Assembly: GCA_020137815.1 (NCBI GenBank)
Contig: CM035361.1
Coordinates: 5,394,001 to 5,458,000 of the forward strand
From: Hormiphora californensis
Lineage: Eukaryota; Animalia; Ctenophora
Length of the DNA: 64,000 nucleotides
Direction of reading: 5' to 3'
A program made the position numbers and the translations under genes. Positions within the stretch are counted from its first letter, which is position 1, and every line of letters starts with the position of its first letter. Shown piece after piece: positions 10,753-22,100 of the stretch. Under the pieces are notes generated by a model. The model did no database searches. It had not been told where the DNA came from and was given only the letters and a program-made list of their open reading frames with translations.

Positions 10753-13700
10753 TCACCTTTGGAGTGTCCTATACTGTACAAACCCGTTATTATTCCCATG
10801 AGCTGTAGACCCCTTCAAACTTTGCACAAGTCCGTTTCCACCTTTTAGACTCTGCACAAGTCCATTGCCAGCCCTCGTCTCCCCTTTCAAACTCTCTCCG
10901 TATAACCGTATCCGTGTGTTCATGATCCCAGATTTGTCAAGCTGATCCCGCCGCTCCGAAATATGGTCTGGGTTTGCTCGGTGATGGTTGTGGTGGTACC
11001 TGCATGGAGAAAGGGGATATCATCATGGTAACAACTGATTGTTGACAGTCAGACCCCAATAATTTACCGGCCGGATTAACAATAAAAATGAACTTTATTT
11101 CTAGAAAATTAGCGGGGGAAGGCGAAGCTTCTGGGAAGGGTTATAAGTATTCAACTGGGGTTTCACCACGTACCTGACTTGTTCATGTTCCTTTGATCGA
11201 TCAGCAATGATGTCTCTTCGGGCGGGAGATCCTAGCCGTGCTCTCACCTGGCAATAATATCCCGTTTTAATCGGCCAAAATAATGCAAAAATTAGTTAAG
11301 TTAGCTAAGTTAGTAAAGCTCTATAACTTAGCTAACTTTGTTCACTATTTTTTGCATTATTCTCTAGAAAAAATGTCACCCACCTTCGGACGGTGGTTGT
11401 ATACGCAGGTGCTACTTTTATCACTCCAAACTACTTTCGGTTTTATTGGAACCACTTCCTGTTCCGGTAACCTGGGAGATACGTACAAAGAGGGGATGGA
11501 GATAAAGAGGGCCGAGGGGGAGTGGGAGATATAAGGAGGGGGCGTGCGGGATACAAAGAGGGGCGTTTGGGATAAAATGATGGGGTGAGAGATAAAGACG
11601 GGGTGATCGTGAGAGATAAAGATGGGGTGGGGGATATAAAGATGGGGTGGGGGATATAAAGATGGGGTGAGAGATAAAGATGGGGTGAGAGATAAAGATG
11701 GGATGATCGTGAGAGATAAAGATGGGGTGGGGGATATAAAGATGGGGTGAGAGATAAAGATGGGGTGAGAGATAAAGATGGGGTGAGAGATAAAGATGGG
11801 GTGAGAGATAAAGATGGGGTGATCGTGAGAGATAAAGATGGGGTGGGGGATATAAAGATGAGGTGGGAGATATTGGGGAGGAGGGCGATATATTGGGGAT
11901 TTTTTGTTTCGAGACGTTTTTTAATATTGCAGTCCGTCATACTGACACATTTCCACCTGCAACCATTTCAAAATTTCCTCGGGGGAAAAAGTCTTGCCAC
12001 TAAATCGGGGTGCCACTAAATCGGGGTCAAATAATGTTAATTTCCTATATCGGGGGGAAAAATCCTGCCACTAAATCGGGGTGCCACAAAATCGGGGTGC
12101 CACAAAATCGGGGTCCGACTGTAATAATTAATAATTAATTATGTAATTACAAAACCCACCACTGCGAACTAGACGGCTCAGCAGCAGCTGTTGATGAGCC
12201 CCCAGTAACACCGTTAGTTGGTAAATGCCATCTCCTCCAGGCAGTATCATGCCGGAAATACGGGATGTTGGCGGGAGCAGAATAGGGACGCTCGGTTAGA
12301 ACCGGCCCCGTTGGTATAGTTACTGTGCCCGCTGAGTTACTCTCTATTATTCGTATCTGGTATATGGTGGTGGGATGTAAGGAGTTTATCTGATGATGAG
12401 ATCAGGAACAGGATTTATAATTTAGTTAATTATTTAATAAATTAATTATTTAGTTAATTAATTATTTAGTTAATTCATTGTTGGAGTTGAAACTGAGTTT
12501 CTAATTCATATCATATTATCAATGTTGTTATTGTCTGATAATTTGTAAGTTATAAGTTTGTTGTATTTTGTTCCAACTATGTCTTGTGTTGTTTGAACAA
12601 TTCAGTTTTTCCGTCACCTACCTCTGGCTCTGCTTTGAACCTCACATGCTTCTTTTTGTTTTCAACTCCCCCGTTTTGATGTCCTATCTTGTCTGATGAC
12701 CGGACCTACAGGAAATTAAATTTTATTGGAATTATTCATCAAATTAATTAATTGGTAAAACATCCATTTATGGGGACTTCGGTGGTAAATCGGGGTCCTA
12801 TAAAATAGATGGCCTAACTGTCCAGAGAGAAACGGAGTTCGAATCGGCATCCCCCAGTAGGATAGGGGTTAAGCTGGGGATTTCCACACCACACAGTCAG
12901 ACACTACTATTAAAGTATACACGTATAAACTAAACTAACAGTGCTGCTTGTAGTCGCATTACCGTAATGGAAATACAGTAATGAGACGCGCACATTGCAT
13001 AACACGCGGCAAAAAGTGCATGTGTTCAGCACGTACTAGCGCCCTGATTGGCCACGGTTGCGCGTCGTCTTACTGTATCTCCGTTTTCCATTACCGTTTT
13101 CCCACTACAAGCGACCGTGTAAAGTGTATAAACTCTACTACTGCAGTCGGACCCCGATTTAGTGGCATCCTCCCGGGAAAAAATCCTGCCACTAAATTGG
13201 GGTGCGACTAAATCGGGGGCCACTAAATCGGGGTCCGACTGTATTTCAGATATTTTGTTAACTCACAATAGTTTCCTCGGAGTTGACTCCATTAATTCGG
13301 GGCTTTCTCGTTGTTTTGATGAAATCAGAGGTGCTAGAATAACGCACAAAGGCCCTGGTGGATTGAACGTTATTTGTTACATAATAACTGCTGAATAAAT
13401 CAGGAACCGACCGAATCAGGAAATACTGGTCCCTGATTGGCTGATAACCAGTCACTCTCCGAAAGATATTTTACGCAAAATAGGTATACAGTCTGAACTC
13501 GGACCCCGTAATACCAGGATGCTTGGTGGGAAAGGGTTTTGCCCGGTAAATTGTGGTTCCGGTAAAACATGACAGGGCCCAACTGTATAGCATTGTATTG
13601 GGTATCGAGGTTTTGCTTACTTTTTCCTACAGCTCCTGTTTACCGGGGAAGTTTGAGGTCGTGTTGTAGTTTTTATCATCGGAGGAGAGTCCTGAAACAC

Positions 13701-14797
13701 GTGGAATGTTGTTAATAATTCTAATTAATTAATTATTAAATTTTGTTATCAATAGTGTGACATTTCATAATTCATATTATATGCCCGCCCCACATTGTAA
13801 TTATCAATTAATTAATTTATTAAACTAATTAAAACTAAAAGTAATTATTCATACCTCAATATTGCAGGATATTCCTAAAATATAGCCCATCAAGGTGGAC
13901 ATGTCTCTATCAAATACCCTGGCCTTCCGCTCCTGATCCTTTTTCAGATACCTAATTAATAACATGTTAATTCATGAAGTTAATTAAATCAACAAAATCC
14001 TTCGGAGCTACGATTACTCTAATTAGATTAAATTAAATCGGAAAACAGCCACGCTCTGAACTGAAATTCAGTAGCACGACTCTATGGTTTCACGGATCCA
14101 TGATTCCATGATTCAGTATTTTCAGTAAACAGCCGGGCGTGTACTTGTAGAAATGAATAAAGTGCGATTTTTAATAAAGCTAACCGCTTGCGCGCAAATC
14201 AGAGCATTTCACGCGCACCACACGTCGCACGCTACCAATTTTATTTCAAAACTCGAATTCGTGCGCCCCCGGTTCGCTTTCTTAAAAATCGGACTTTAAA
14301 TTAGTATCGTGTGATTTGCCTCAACATAAGCAAATTTTGTCTAAAATGAGACCTAAAGTCCGATTTTTAATAAAGCGAACCGCAAAAAATTCCCACGCAC
14401 CGTGGGAAAGTTTTTTGTTGGTTGTTTCGATCATATCTCTGGCTCCTGATAAGATAAAGACTTGATCCTGGTTGCGTTGGAAAGAGAAAAATGTTATCTT
14501 TCCAATGCGACCAATGACAAGTCTCTATCTTATCAGGAACCGGATTGAGCACGCGCAAATAGAATTATATTATTATTAATGCGCGTGAGCGGTTCGCATT
14601 ATTAAAAATCGCACTTTAGACTCTTTTTCATACATTCAAATTGAATCTATTGTCAGCTGTGTCAATTGCGTTCAAAACGTTCAATAACAGCGGGTTTGGG
14701 CCAGAAATTGAAAAAATATATTTTTATTTTATAAATGTATAAAGACATTGTACCTTGTGTTTGTCCGAGTTGAATAATTCACATAATTGTTAGTCAT
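10753..14797 (-). CDS. Orphan low-complexity/disordered protein, 352 aa, 9 coding exons, with RVxF-type motifs
   Basis: Exons (minus strand) 14754-14797, 13855-13951, 13621-13691, 13267-13390, 12622-12705, 12160-12389, 11384-11471, 11174-11247 and 10753-10999. All introns are GT-AG and all phases match, giving 1059 nt with no internal stop: MTNNYVNYSTRTNTRYLKKDQERKARVFDRDMSTLMGYILGISCNIEDSPPMIKTTTRPQTSP...ENKKKHVRFKAEPE...ERPYSAPANIPYFRHDTAWRRWHLP...KPKVVWSDK...GNGLVQSLKGGNGLVQSLKG...YRTLQR*. The start codon is less certain than the exon chain. Confidence 0.8.
11560..11862. repeat. 18/21/24-bp minisatellite (gatggggtgagagataaa)
   Basis: Tandem units with length variants, inside an intron of the orphan gene. 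Confidence 0.9.
12915..13130. mobile_element. Degenerate foldback MITE
   Basis: gcttgtagt...cgtaatggaaa..tacagtaa..gacgcgc is mirrored by gcgcgtcgtcttactgta...tttccattaccg...actacaagc. Confidence 0.55.
13144..13241. mobile_element. Tc1/mariner (pogo/Tigger-like) MITE, TIR cagtcggaccccgattta
   Basis: cagtcggaccccgatttag ... taaatcggggtccgactg|ta. Other copies: 48956-49084, 56307-56396 and 63572-63704 (mostly TA-flanked), degenerate copies at 13488-13585 and 43057-43132, and a partial copy at 11977-12121. Internal taaatcgggg subrepeats. Confidence 0.85.
14159..14618. mobile_element. Inverted-repeat element with four arms
   Basis: aaagtgcgatttttaataaagc (14159) pairs with attattaaaaatcgcacttt (about 14618). 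Internal arms are cggttcgctttcttaaaaatcggacttt (about 14270) and aaagtccgatttttaataaagcgaaccg (about 14355). Confidence 0.65.
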
Positions 14798-15397
14798 ATT
14801 ACTGTCTTTCTAAAAAAACAGAAATTATCTACATCATAAATCTAAGCGTAACTAAAATTCAGTAACTAAAAAACAAACAACATATGGACCATATTGTAGG
14901 CTACACAATGCAAAGGCCACCAACAATAAAGCCTGGGAATATATATTTCTAGATGACAATAAATATATATGTACAATATGATATCATATCACATGTGCAT
15001 GTGTTATACAAGAACAAACACTCGCTGACTCGCTGAGCTCATCACCTAGCTTACAGAAATTCAGATCATACAGAACCATGATAGATCTAGATGGTTGAGA
15101 AAAAACATAGTGTTTCTATTATATTTGCTAAATATAGCTAAAACTTTAACAGATTCTAACCACTATTATATAGACTCACGGCTAAAGATTCTCTCTATCA
15201 GCTGCACAAGCTTACTACATTCCTATCACAAGTGATCTGTGTGTGAGAGAAGCCTTTAAATCAGTTTTTAATTAAAGAATAGCACAGAGGGCCCCCTGTT
15301 TCTCCGTTCAAAAAGTCACCGCCTCCACCCGACGTGTAAAATACGCACCGATGTGTACACTTTTTCAGAAGCATCTTCTTGGTCATCCGTCTATCAT

Positions 15398-15465
<68 letters not shown>

Positions 15466-15470
15466 CCTCG

Positions 15471-15615
<145 letters not shown>

Positions 15616-15617
15616 CT

Positions 15618-15701
<84 letters not shown>

Positions 15702-15754
15702 AAACTCATCACATGTGCAAGCATCGAGCACACCACGTTGAGCGCATGAATTCA

Positions 15755-15812
15755 GTCAGCCAATGAGCGTGAAGTATTCTGTATCACGTGACCTGCTTTT
15801 AGCCAATCACAA
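15755..15812. promoter_or_regulatory. CCAAT / E-box / CCAAT cluster beside a long CT tract, upstream of the minus-strand orphan gene
   Basis: agccaatga (about 15758), tcacgtgac (about 15784) and agccaatca (about 15801). Candidate 5'UTR donors on the minus strand at about 15179 (gtgagt) and about 15054 (gtaagc). Confidence 0.4.
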
Positions 15813-16513
15813 CTCGTCAGTTTATCACCAGTAGTTTTGTTGAAAAAGCGTGCCGGAGTTAAAAGTAAAATGTGAAATTCCGCAATATCTTTAGTCGATA
15901 TAATAGGGGGAAATGTAGTGACCGTGCCTGAACCTCAGGTTTAGGTCATGGAATAGCAGAGAAGAGCCCTGAGACCTCAGGTTTTAGGAGTAAATAGCTG
16001 TGATCTGAACCTGAGGTTCAGACATTACCGTTTTCCCAATAAAGTTTTAGCATTGATTAAAACTAAAATACACAGTTGTAAAACGGATCCATGAATTTTG
16101 AAACGGGGCCTGGTGTGTGGAGCAAGCACACCATGTATACTTGTAGAGAAAATGACGCGCTCTGTGAGCTGGTACTCGGCAGAGTAGATCATGAAGATCA
16201 GGTTCGGACAAGGCAAGCAGCAGGAACCGACCGAATCAGGAAATACTGGTCCCTGATTGGCTGATAACCAGTCACGTGACCTAAATAACAAGTTCTGATT
16301 GGTTATTTACTTGTTTCGGACAAGGCAAGCACGGACAGTATTATGCCAGGAATATATTTATTATGTTCAAGGATCCAGCTTACACCACCACCATGAGACA
16401 GCTCTGTGTGCGACTCGAGATAGCACTCTGTCATTAGTATTCGAACACCTTGCCACGAGTAAATAATGATCTGAAACACGTGTCCGACAGACACTGTCTG
16501 CATGTTTTTTACT

Positions 16514-16633
<120 letters not shown>

Positions 16634-17613
16634 GGGAGAGAACGTTATGAAAATAAGAATGAAAGTAGGATGCAAGATCGATAGATTGTTTGATAGAGGT
16701 CAAATAATATGATTCGTGAACTCAAAGGTGTTTAGTGTTTATGTGGTTCTATATCTGCATCATCACGTTGGTATCGAAGACACGCGCTGGCAAGGGGTAA
16801 CTTCGTAACCAAATCATCACGACTGTTTTGGGTCCAGCATTGGGCGAAATGGCTGTGGCTTGAACCTGAGGTTCAGGTACGACTGTTTTCCAAATTCTCT
16901 GTATCCGGATCAGTTCTAAATTTGTAGTCACGCACTTGAATTATAGTGCAGGGGACACATCATGGTGTCAGGGGACTCAGCACGTCTACACGTGGTATAC
17001 ATCCGGGACTTGATCTATTGTTCTCAACACTGTTGTGTAACAACTAAAAAGAACGCTAGTGTGTAAAAGAGGGCGGTGCCAGCTCTACTCGCCATTGTGG
17101 CAGGGGGCCCTTTGTTTTGAGTAGTAGTACCGTGCTTATATATTAGTAGATTTATAGTACACATTTTGTTCAATTGACTAAGTTTTGCTGAACTTGATCT
17201 CTTCGCCTCTCTGATCTTTACTGTAAGTTCATGTAATGACTGTCGGGTCCAGTGTGATTTTATTTTGTTGCCGCTTACGTCTAATCCCATGAGGGGAACA
17301 CCCTTGGAAACATTCCGATCTACATTCTCTCTCTCTCGCTCCCTCTATATCTCTCTCTCTCTCTCTCTCGCGCTCGCTCCCTCTATATATACATCTCTCT
17401 CTATCTCTCTCTCTCTCTCGCTCCCTCTCTATATCTCTCTATCTTTCTCCCTCTCTATCTAGCCCCTGATCTCTATCTCTTTTATACTAGCAAATTCTTG
17501 TAATTGCCCTCTCTTTTTCTTTTCAGGTTCCAGCTAGGCTATTCGCATCCATAAAACACACGGAAAGGAGGACTCTCAGTCTCCCCGAACTTTCACCGGC
17601 CTTTCTCTCTCTC

Positions 17614-17757
<144 letters not shown>

Positions 17758-19148
17758 TTGTGAATCCCATGTGTTTTCTAACATACACGCTCCACATCCA
17801 GACACACTAATGCTTTGTTAAATTGCTCTTTAAGTACAATGGAAAATGATATCTGATATAAATTTTAGTAAACTGCTTTAGTCAGGCTGAGTATTGATAA
17901 GATTTGTTTTTGTTTTTGAAATTTCAAAAGAATTGTTTCAGATGAAAGTACAAAAAACGTTACATTTGTTGTTGATTTAATTATTAAGCTGCAGCTGCGA
18001 GCATATCCGCTAAGTATGTGAGTAAAATGCCATGTTGTAAATGATTATTTCTCCCCAGCTATTTCTCGTGCTTTTCTAAGATCTTTCTCTGCCTCTCTCA
18101 GTCTGTTTTTCCCCCCTTATCTCGACTCTCTACTCTCTGTTCCCCTCTATGTGAAAAATCTCCCCAGCCAGCGTTGAAAACTTGAAATAATTTTAAGGGA
18201 AAAATTTAAACAGTCAGGAAACCCAGCACGTCTCTACAAGTGTTTAATTACCGATAATTATTGTCAAACTGTTTAAAATTTTGTCTAACTTTAAACCCAA
18301 AAACCCTTTTCTAAGGGGTTTGGTAAACGTTTTTTCCTCGGTAAAAAAAATATGTTTTTTAAAAATTTTTTTAGAACTTAACAAATAAAATCATAGTTTG
18401 TTTCCGGGAGGATTTTTCCGCAAAATTTCGTTTCCCCTGTTTCGACATCTGTCCGTTAGCCAAATTTTTTTTTTTTTTTTTTCCATTTTTTTCTTTCTCT
18501 CTCTCTCTCTCTCTCAATTTTCCCCGGCCTTTTCCTCCCTCTCCCCCTCTCCCCCCTCTCTCTCTCCTCTTTTTCCCCCTTCCAGATTTTTTTTTTCTCT
18601 CTTTTCTCTCTCTCTCTCTCTCTCTCTCTCCTCTCTCCTCTCGCCCCCCTCTCTCTCTCTCTCTCCCCTTCCCTCTTTTCTACCCCCCTCTCCCGTCTCC
18701 CCTCTCTCTCTCCCCCCTCTCTCCCCTCTCTCCCTTCTCTACCCTTTTCTCTCTCTCTTTCTCTCTCCCCTTTCTTCTCCCTTGTTTTTTCCCCTTTTTC
18801 TCCCTTTTCTCTCTTCTCTTTTTCTCTCCCCCTCCCCTCCTCCCCTTTCTTCTCTCTCTCTCTCCTCTCTCCTCTTTTCTCTCTCTCTCTCTCCGTTTTT
18901 TTGTGTATAATTTTTCATAAATATTTTTATAACCCTCCCCCGGTATTTTTTTCTGTTGTCTCGTTTATAAATTTGAATATATAACTTTCCCTAAATATTG
19001 CTTTTAATTTTAACGAAACAAAATCTAAATCCTAAACTCTCTTCAAGCTTCGAGAGGCATATATGATATCTATGTTTGGATACCGTTGACGATTAGATAA
19101 ACTGCTCTAACCCACTACACGTGGTACAAAACACGCGGTGGTCTATAA

Positions 19149-22100
19149 ATGCCCCAAAAAACAGCAGGGAACATTCTTCCCCCGGGCTTTGGGTTTCCCC
19201 TTTTCTGTGGGGGCCCCCTTCACTGGGCAGGGTGTGTTACCCTTTATTTTTACATGTGCCTTCGTGGTGGAGATGATGAAAAACGTACGTTGTTATTATA
19301 CTGCCGTTTCCGAGTAGAATGTAGTAAGTCCAAAAATCTCATACCATTCAATTGTTTATATTTCAAATACTTGCGAATGCCGAATGCTCATGGTCTGCAC
19401 TAATTACCGGATTTGGTGACAACATTATTGTGAACAATACTTCATTTCTCCTCAGAAAACCACAACAGAACTCTAAAACGAAAGGGTGGGAGGAGGAGGT
19501 GTACTAGAACCGGTCAGGCACCACATTTAGTACAAACTAAAGGAGGGCTCGTCAAAGAGAAAAGAAAAAGCTGAAAAATAACTTAAGGGAACAATTTTTT
19601 TTATTTTAAACGATCAGGTGTCTTTTTTTAGCCTGGGGGTAGGGTCTGGGGAAGGGTTTTTTGGGAAAAATGGTGTAAGGGATTTGGAAATTTCAAAATA
19701 AAAACAAAATAATTCAAACCAAAAATCCAAATTTTCCAGGCATCCCAAAAACCCAAAACCCCAAAACCTGTAAAATGGTGGATCCCCCTACTCCCCCTGA
19801 AAACTTCAAAACCCCACAACCCCCACCTACCCTGGTGATGGAAATCTTTTTCGCCATCCAAAAAGGGCCCGCGTCCCTCCCCCCATCTTCTCCCCCTCCC
19901 GGGGAGTCAGCTTTTAGCGACCCCATTCTCTCGTAATTTACACGGGGGGATGGGAACAGTTCCCTTCCCCTTTTAGACCTGGCGGGGGGCATGTTTTGGG
20001 TGATTTTTAAGGGGTCTTTGACAACCCGGGTTTTTTTCCCTGGTCGGACCCCGGTTTAAACCCGGGAAACCCCCGATTTAAAACCCGGGGGAAAAAATTT
20101 CGCGCAGCATCCCGGTTTAAAAGGGGGGCCGAAAGTATTTTCTTTTAAGGTATAAGCAGCTCTGCTTTGGTCTTTTGAAAACACAAAAACAGCAAAGTTT
20201 TTTTACAAATTTTTTTTTTAAGGGTTTTTTAAAGGGTTTAAAAAATAACTTGAAAAAAAAACCTTTTTTAGGCGAAAAAGGAAACCCAAATTCCCAAAAA
20301 GGGAATTTTTGCGAAACTGAAAAGTGTCATTTTACTACGAAAAAAAGGAAAAAGAAAAACCTTTTTTTGGCCTATCAAGGGAAAAAAGGTTTTTACAAAA
20401 AATTTTATGACTTTATTTGGTAAATTTTTTATATTAAAAAGTGGGCTCATAAAGATGGGTTTGGGGCTCCCTGAAATCGATCCCGAAAAAAAAATGCCAT
20501 TGTGATTTTTTAAGAATAAAACCAAAAAGCATATATTAATTTAAACACACACTATAAAATAATAAAATTTATATATGAAAAAAAACCCCTAGTTTTTTTA
20601 TCATTTTTTGAAAAATTTTCGGGGGGCCCCATGAAAAACTGCTAGCTGGGGGGTTTAAACCCTGCTCGCGTTTATCAGGCCCGTGTCCTTTTTTACGGGG
20701 TTTTTTCTTCTTTTAATAACCAAAGGTGTAAAATTCTAAGTATTGAAAATGTGTGTAAAAAACCCCATTTTTGTCAAAAAAAGAAGGGAAAAAATTCTGA
20801 AAAAACGTTTTCCCAAAGTTTATCTCTCTCATAAAGGGGTGAAAAAAATCCATTTCCTTTTATTTCTTCTTTCTTTTTTTACTGTTCATTACCTCTGACG
20901 TGTGTATTGCCCCAATCTTTCTCTCTCTTTCTCAACTGTTGGAACAGTAACATAAAGTCCATTTTTTTCAACGTTCACCCCAACTCGGCCGTGTGATTTT
21001 TTTAATTTACCTGCGCGCGCTACACGTTAACATGGATAAAAAGCCAAAACCCGCCACACTTTGGGGGAAAATTTAAAAAAATGGGGTTAATTCCACCTTT
21101 TTTGGGGATCTGTTGAATTTTCCAACCGTTTTTATTGTTTCCCTTGTTTTTTGTCTTTATTTGTGTGTAATTTCTATCGGGTTTTTTATAAAAATGAACG
21201 TTTTTAGCCCCTAAACGGGTTATAGGTTTAAACCCCTCCCCCTCAAACCCCCGGCTGGCGCCTCGATCGGATCGGGATTTAAACCTTTTAATCGCCCTCC
21301 GGCGATTAAACTCCATTGGCTGTCCCCGCTCGCCTGGAAAAGCCAAATTTAAACGCCCTCTACAAACTCATCTTCATTATAGTATATATCCTTGCTGCAG
21401 GGGCCGTTCCCCCCGAGTCAGTAAAAGTCGTAGCGCTGCTTGGAATCCGACACTCAGAAACACCCAAGGAAACTGGTACCCCCCCACAGAAGTCCGAAAA
21501 ACGGGGCGTCTGTTGGAAAGATCAAGAGCTGGCCGTAAATTTGTTGAGAAATTTTTTGATTTGGGGTCAATTTTTCAAAGATTTTAATGATTCAAGATGG
21601 CTGTTATACTAGTTCTTTGAGTAACTTAAAACTCAGCAATGTGACTATTTTGAAGACCATAATTTTCGTATGAGTAGGAGTTAATTTGGTGTATGGATTA
21701 AATAATAGATCGGAGCTATCTTGTTACTCAGAATTTGGTACTCCAGAAAACTCCTTATAGCTGGGAAAGGTTTTTGTCAGTTTTGGGGAATTTTTTAAAA
21801 AATGACATAACGTTCCAATTTGACGAATAGTTGCGGTACGGAAAGTTGGGAATTGAGTAACTCCCGCACATTCAAAAGAAAAAGTTTTCCCGGGTTTTTT
21901 AATAACGAAAGTTGAATTTTTTCTGTACTAAATTAAGATTTGCTCACCCTCTTTCAGTAGCGGTAGCACTTAAATTCACTGTTGAGGCCAAAAAAGGGGC
22001 CCTTCATCGCGGTTCAGTTTTTTTTTCTTCTGGCCCCTGATGACAGGCCGGGGGGTTTTGTGTGTTTTTACATCCTTTTCCCCATTATAATGCTGCCCAT

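Noticed and set aside
11443-11940. 165-aa TPSLSL-repeat ORF
   Set aside because: An intronic minisatellite read-through. It overlaps the real exon 11384-11471 in a different frame.
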